The position numbers and the translations under genes were made by a program. A stretch of DNA of 64,000 bases. Source: Aeromicrobium sp. (GTDB taxonomy: Bacteria; Actinomycetota; Actinomycetes; Propionibacteriales; Nocardioidaceae). The notes beneath the pieces are model-generated. The model was not told the DNA's origin. It did not search any database and was given only the letters and a program-made list of their open reading frames with translations. The DNA is taken from contig JBKJIW010000014.1 of the NCBI GenBank assembly GCA_046598255.1, forward strand, positions 36,856 to 100,855, written 5' to 3'. Each line of letters starts with the position of its first letter. Position 1 is the first letter of the stretch. Below are positions 61,162 to 64,000 of this stretch, piece by piece.

Positions 61162-62790
61162 GTGACCATCTCCACTGCGATGCGAGAAGCACCGTCCACG
61201 CCGACTCCCAGCGCGCGCAAGGCCCACCCCGGCCACGTGAGCTTCGTCGGCGCCGGACCGGGTGACGCGAGTCTCCTGACGGTCCGTGCGGCCGAGCTGC
61301 TCGCCCAGGCTGACGTCGTCATCATCGAGCTGCCCGAGCAGTCGGCCCTCGTCACCAACGGTGCCGAGGTCGTCGACGGCGGCGTCGGCGAGGACGGCGA
61401 GCCGCTGACCCACGCGGCCCGCGGACGCCTGGTCGTCAAGCACGCCAAGACCGGTGCCCACGTCGTTCGCCTCATCTCCGGCGACCCGTTCACATACGCG
61501 ACGGGCCCCGAGGAGGCAGCCGCCTGCAGCAAGGCCGGCATCGGCTTCGAGATCGTCCCCGGCATCTCGTCGATCTCGGCCGTGCCCGCCTATGCCGGCG
61601 TGCCGCTGACCAACCGGACGCACCGCGAGTACTCGGTCGTCAGCGTCGGCGACTCCTCGGTCAACTGGTCCGACCACGTCGCCGAGGACACGCTCGTGCT
61701 CCTGTCGGCCGTCGCCCGCATCGGCGAGGTCGCCACCGGGCTCATCGACGCCGGTCGCAAGCCCGACACCCCGGTCGCGATGACCCGTGTCGGCACGACG
61801 ACCGAGCAGACCACCGTCGTGTCCACCCTCGCGGAGATCGCCGCCGACGCGAAGGCCGCCGGCATGACCGCGCCGGCCATCACGGTCGTCGGTGAGGTCG
61901 TCGCGATGCGCGAGGCGCTGTCGTGGTTCGAGACCAAGCCGCTCTACGGCTGGCGCATCCTGGTGCCCCGCACCAAGGAGCAGTCCGCCGGTCTGGCCTC
62001 GCGCCTGCGCGGCTTCGGCGCGATCTCCGAGGAGGTCCCGACGATCTCGGTAGAGCCGCCCCGCAACCCGCAGCAGATGGACAAGGCCGTCCGCGGTCTC
62101 GTCGAGGGCCGCTACGAGTGGATCGCCTTTACCAGCGTCAACGCCGTCAAGGCCGTCCGCGAGAAGTTCGAGGAGTACGGGCTCGACGCCCGCGCGTTCT
62201 CGGGGCTCAAGATCGCCGCTGTGGGTGACAAGACCGCCGAGGCCATCGCCACGTGGGGCATCCGCGCCGACCTCATCCCCACGGGTGAGCAGTCGGCCCG
62301 CGGCCTGCTCGACGACTGGCCGCCGTACGACGACCTGCTCGATCCGATCAACCGGGTCTTCCTGCCGCGCGCCGACATCGCGACCGAGACACTCGTCGCC
62401 GGGCTGATCGACCTCGGCTGGGAGGTCGACGACGTCACGGCCTACCGGACCGTCCGGGCCGCCCCGCCGCCGGCGCCGACGCGTGAGGCGATCAAGACCG
62501 GCAAGTTCGACGCGGTCATGTTCACCTCGTCGTCCACGGTGCGCAACCTCGTCGGCATCGCCGGCAAGCCGCACACGTCGACGATCATCGCGTGCATCGG
62601 ACCGGCCACCGCCAAGACCGCCGAGGAGCACGGCCTGCGCGTCGACGTGATGGCCGAGTCGCCGTCGGTCGAGGTGCTGGCCGACGCGCTCGCCGAGTTC
62701 GGCACGGCCCGTCGTCTGGGCTTCGTCGAGGCAGGCGAACCGGTCACCAAGCCGTCGCAGAAGCGTCCTTCGACGCGTCGGAAGGCCTGA
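61162..62790 (+). CDS. hemD: Fused uroporphyrinogen-III methyltransferase-like / uroporphyrinogen-III synthase
   Basis: VGAGPGD, GDP and VPGISS in the N-domain; FTSVNAV, FTSSSTV and IGPATA in the C-domain. Confidence 0.92.
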   Translation: MTISTAMREAPSTPTPSARKAHPGHVSFVGAGPGDASLLTVRAAELLAQADVVIIELPEQSALVTNGAEVVDGGVGEDGEPLTHAARGRLVVKHAKTGAHVVRLISGDPFTYATGPEEAAACSKAGIGFEIVPGISSISAVPAYAGVPLTNRTHREYSVVSVGDSSVNWSDHVAEDTLVLLSAVARIGEVATGLIDAGRKPDTPVAMTRVGTTTEQTTVVSTLAEIAADAKAAGMTAPAITVVGEVVAMREALSWFETKPLYGWRILVPRTKEQSAGLASRLRGFGAISEEVPTISVEPPRNPQQMDKAVRGLVEGRYEWIAFTSVNAVKAVREKFEEYGLDARAFSGLKIAAVGDKTAEAIATWGIRADLIPTGEQSARGLLDDWPPYDDLLDPINRVFLPRADIATETLVAGLIDLGWEVDDVTAYRTVRAAPPPAPTREAIKTGKFDAVMFTSSSTVRNLVGIAGKPHTSTIIACIGPATAKTAEEHGLRVDVMAESPSVEVLADALAEFGTARRLGFVEAGEPVTKPSQKRPSTRRKA

Positions 62791-62792
62791 CC

Positions 62793-63770
62793 TTGTCGTT
62801 CCCGTCCGACCGTCCTCGTCGCCTGCGCTCGTCGCCCGCGATGAGGCGGTTGGTCGCGGAGAACCACGTCCAGCCGTCGCAGCTGGTGCTGCCGATGTTC
62901 GTGGCCGAGGGGCGCACCGAGGTGCGCCCGATCGCGAGCATGCCGGGCGTCGTCCAGCACAGCCGCGACAGCGCCCGCCGGGCCTACGCCGAGGCGGCAG
63001 CCCTCGGAATCGGGGGGGTCATGCTGTTCGGGCTCCCCGAGCACAAGGACGCCTGGGGCTCGGGTGCGCTCGACCCCGACGGCATCCTCAACGTGGCCCT
63101 CGCCGATGCCCGCGCCGAGGTCGGCGACGACCTGCTGGTGATGGCCGACCTGTGCCTGGACGAGTTCACCGACCACGGGCACTGCGGCGTGCTCGACGCC
63201 CAGGGGCGGGTCGACAACGATGCGACCCTCGAGATCTATGCGCAGATGGGTGTCATCCAGGCGGAGTCCGGCGCGCACGTCGTCGGCCCCAGCGGGATGA
63301 TGGACGGACAGGTGGGCGCGATCCGCGCGTCGCTCGACGACGCCGGGCACGACGACACCGTGATCCTGGCCTACGCCGCGAAGTACGCCTCGGCGTTCTT
63401 CGGGCCGTTCCGCGAAGCCGTCGACTCGTCGCTCCGGGGCGACCGCAAGACGTACCAGCAGGATCCCGCCAACGGTCGCGAGGCGATCCGCGAGACCCTC
63501 CTCGACATCGAGGAGGGCGCCGACATCGTCATGGTCAAGCCGGCGCTGTCCTACCTCGATCTCATCGCCGACGTGCGCGCCGCGGTGGACGTGCCGGTGG
63601 CTGCCTACAACGTCTCCGGTGAGCTCGCGATGGTCGAGGCGGCCGCCGCGAACGGGTGGATCGACCGCGATCGTGCGATCGACGAGATCATCCTCTCGAT
63701 CCGCCGCGCCGGCGCCGACATCGTGCTGACCTACTGGGCCGCCGAGCTGGCCGCACGCCTCGGCCGCTAG
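62793..63770 (+). CDS. hemB: Porphobilinogen synthase
   Basis: [29 protein letters not shown] and AYNVSGE motifs. Confidence 0.96.
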   Translation: MSFPSDRPRRLRSSPAMRRLVAENHVQPSQLVLPMFVAEGRTEVRPIASMPGVVQHSRDSARRAYAEAAALGIGGVMLFGLPEHKDAWGSGALDPDGILNVALADARAEVGDDLLVMADLCLDEFTDHGHCGVLDAQGRVDNDATLEIYAQMGVIQAESGAHVVGPSGMMDGQVGAIRASLDDAGHDDTVILAYAAKYASAFFGPFREAVDSSLRGDRKTYQQDPANGREAIRETLLDIEEGADIVMVKPALSYLDLIADVRAAVDVPVAAYNVSGELAMVEAAAANGWIDRDRAIDEIILSIRRAGADIVLTYWAAELAARLGR

Positions 63771-63781
63771 CCACTCACGGA

Positions 63782-63828
63782 ACAGACGAAGGAGGGCCGG
63801 TCCGTGTGGACCGGCCCTCCTTCGCTGT
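63782..63828. terminator. Strong hairpin after hemB (probably bidirectional)
   Basis: CGAAGGAGGGCCGGTCC-GTGT-GGACCGGCCCTCCTTCG, a 17-bp perfect stem. Confidence 0.85.
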
Positions 63829-63843
63829 TCGTTGCGCCTGGTG

Positions 63844-64000
63844 CTAGTGGGTGAGGTCGTACACGCACAGGTCGAACTGGTCCTTCGGCAGCCCCAGGGG
63901 GAACTTCAGGAGGCACTGGACATTGGCCTGCAGTCCCGTCAGCAGATCGCTGACCGGCTGCGTGACAGGCGCGAGAGGTGTTCCCTCGACGAGTCCCTGG
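63844..64000 (-). CDS. C-terminal fragment of an unidentified protein running off the window
   Basis: Open frame ...PVTQPVSDLLTGLQANVQCLLKFPLGLPKDQFDLCVYDLTH* ending at the terminator. Confidence 0.55.
   Translation of the reverse strand, partial: QGLVEGTPLAPVTQPVSDLLTGLQANVQCLLKFPLGLPKDQFDLCVYDLTH

Noticed and set aside
61162-62790. Methyltransferase-HemD fusion as a novelty
   Set aside because: Standard in actinobacteria.

Overview
High-GC actinobacterial chromosomal segment (gene order and content suggest Nocardioidaceae/Aeromicrobium-like; this is inference). Most of it is the conserved core block ppa-dacB-zincin-tilS-hpt-ftsH-folE/P/B/K ... nuoD-like/methyltransferase ... panG-like-panC-panD-coaX-lysS-clpC-mutY-disA-radA ... 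ppx-proC-acuC-HTH-bS22 ... bldN/rsbN-like sigma/anti-sigma ... rex-hemA-hemC-hemD-hemB. An accessory ~13 kb left end holds a siderophore acyltransferase-synthetase fusion, a helicase, a heliorhodopsin, a P450, a flavin monooxygenase and a TetR. I saw no rRNA, tRNA, CRISPR array, transposase or integrase. The most notable observations are: a ~63-nt synonymously recoded AT-rich patch inside ftsH; a heliorhodopsin beside a P450/BVMO/TetR unit; an orphan NuoD paired with an NDUFAF7-like methyltransferase; a double bulged-A hairpin in the pantothenate operon leader; a 25-codon ORF bridging rex and hemA; a BldN/RsbN-like module with its own promoter; a symmetric 22-bp bidirectional leaderless promoter; and several REP/MITE-like intergenic elements. 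All calls come from motif recognition by eye, with no database searches.
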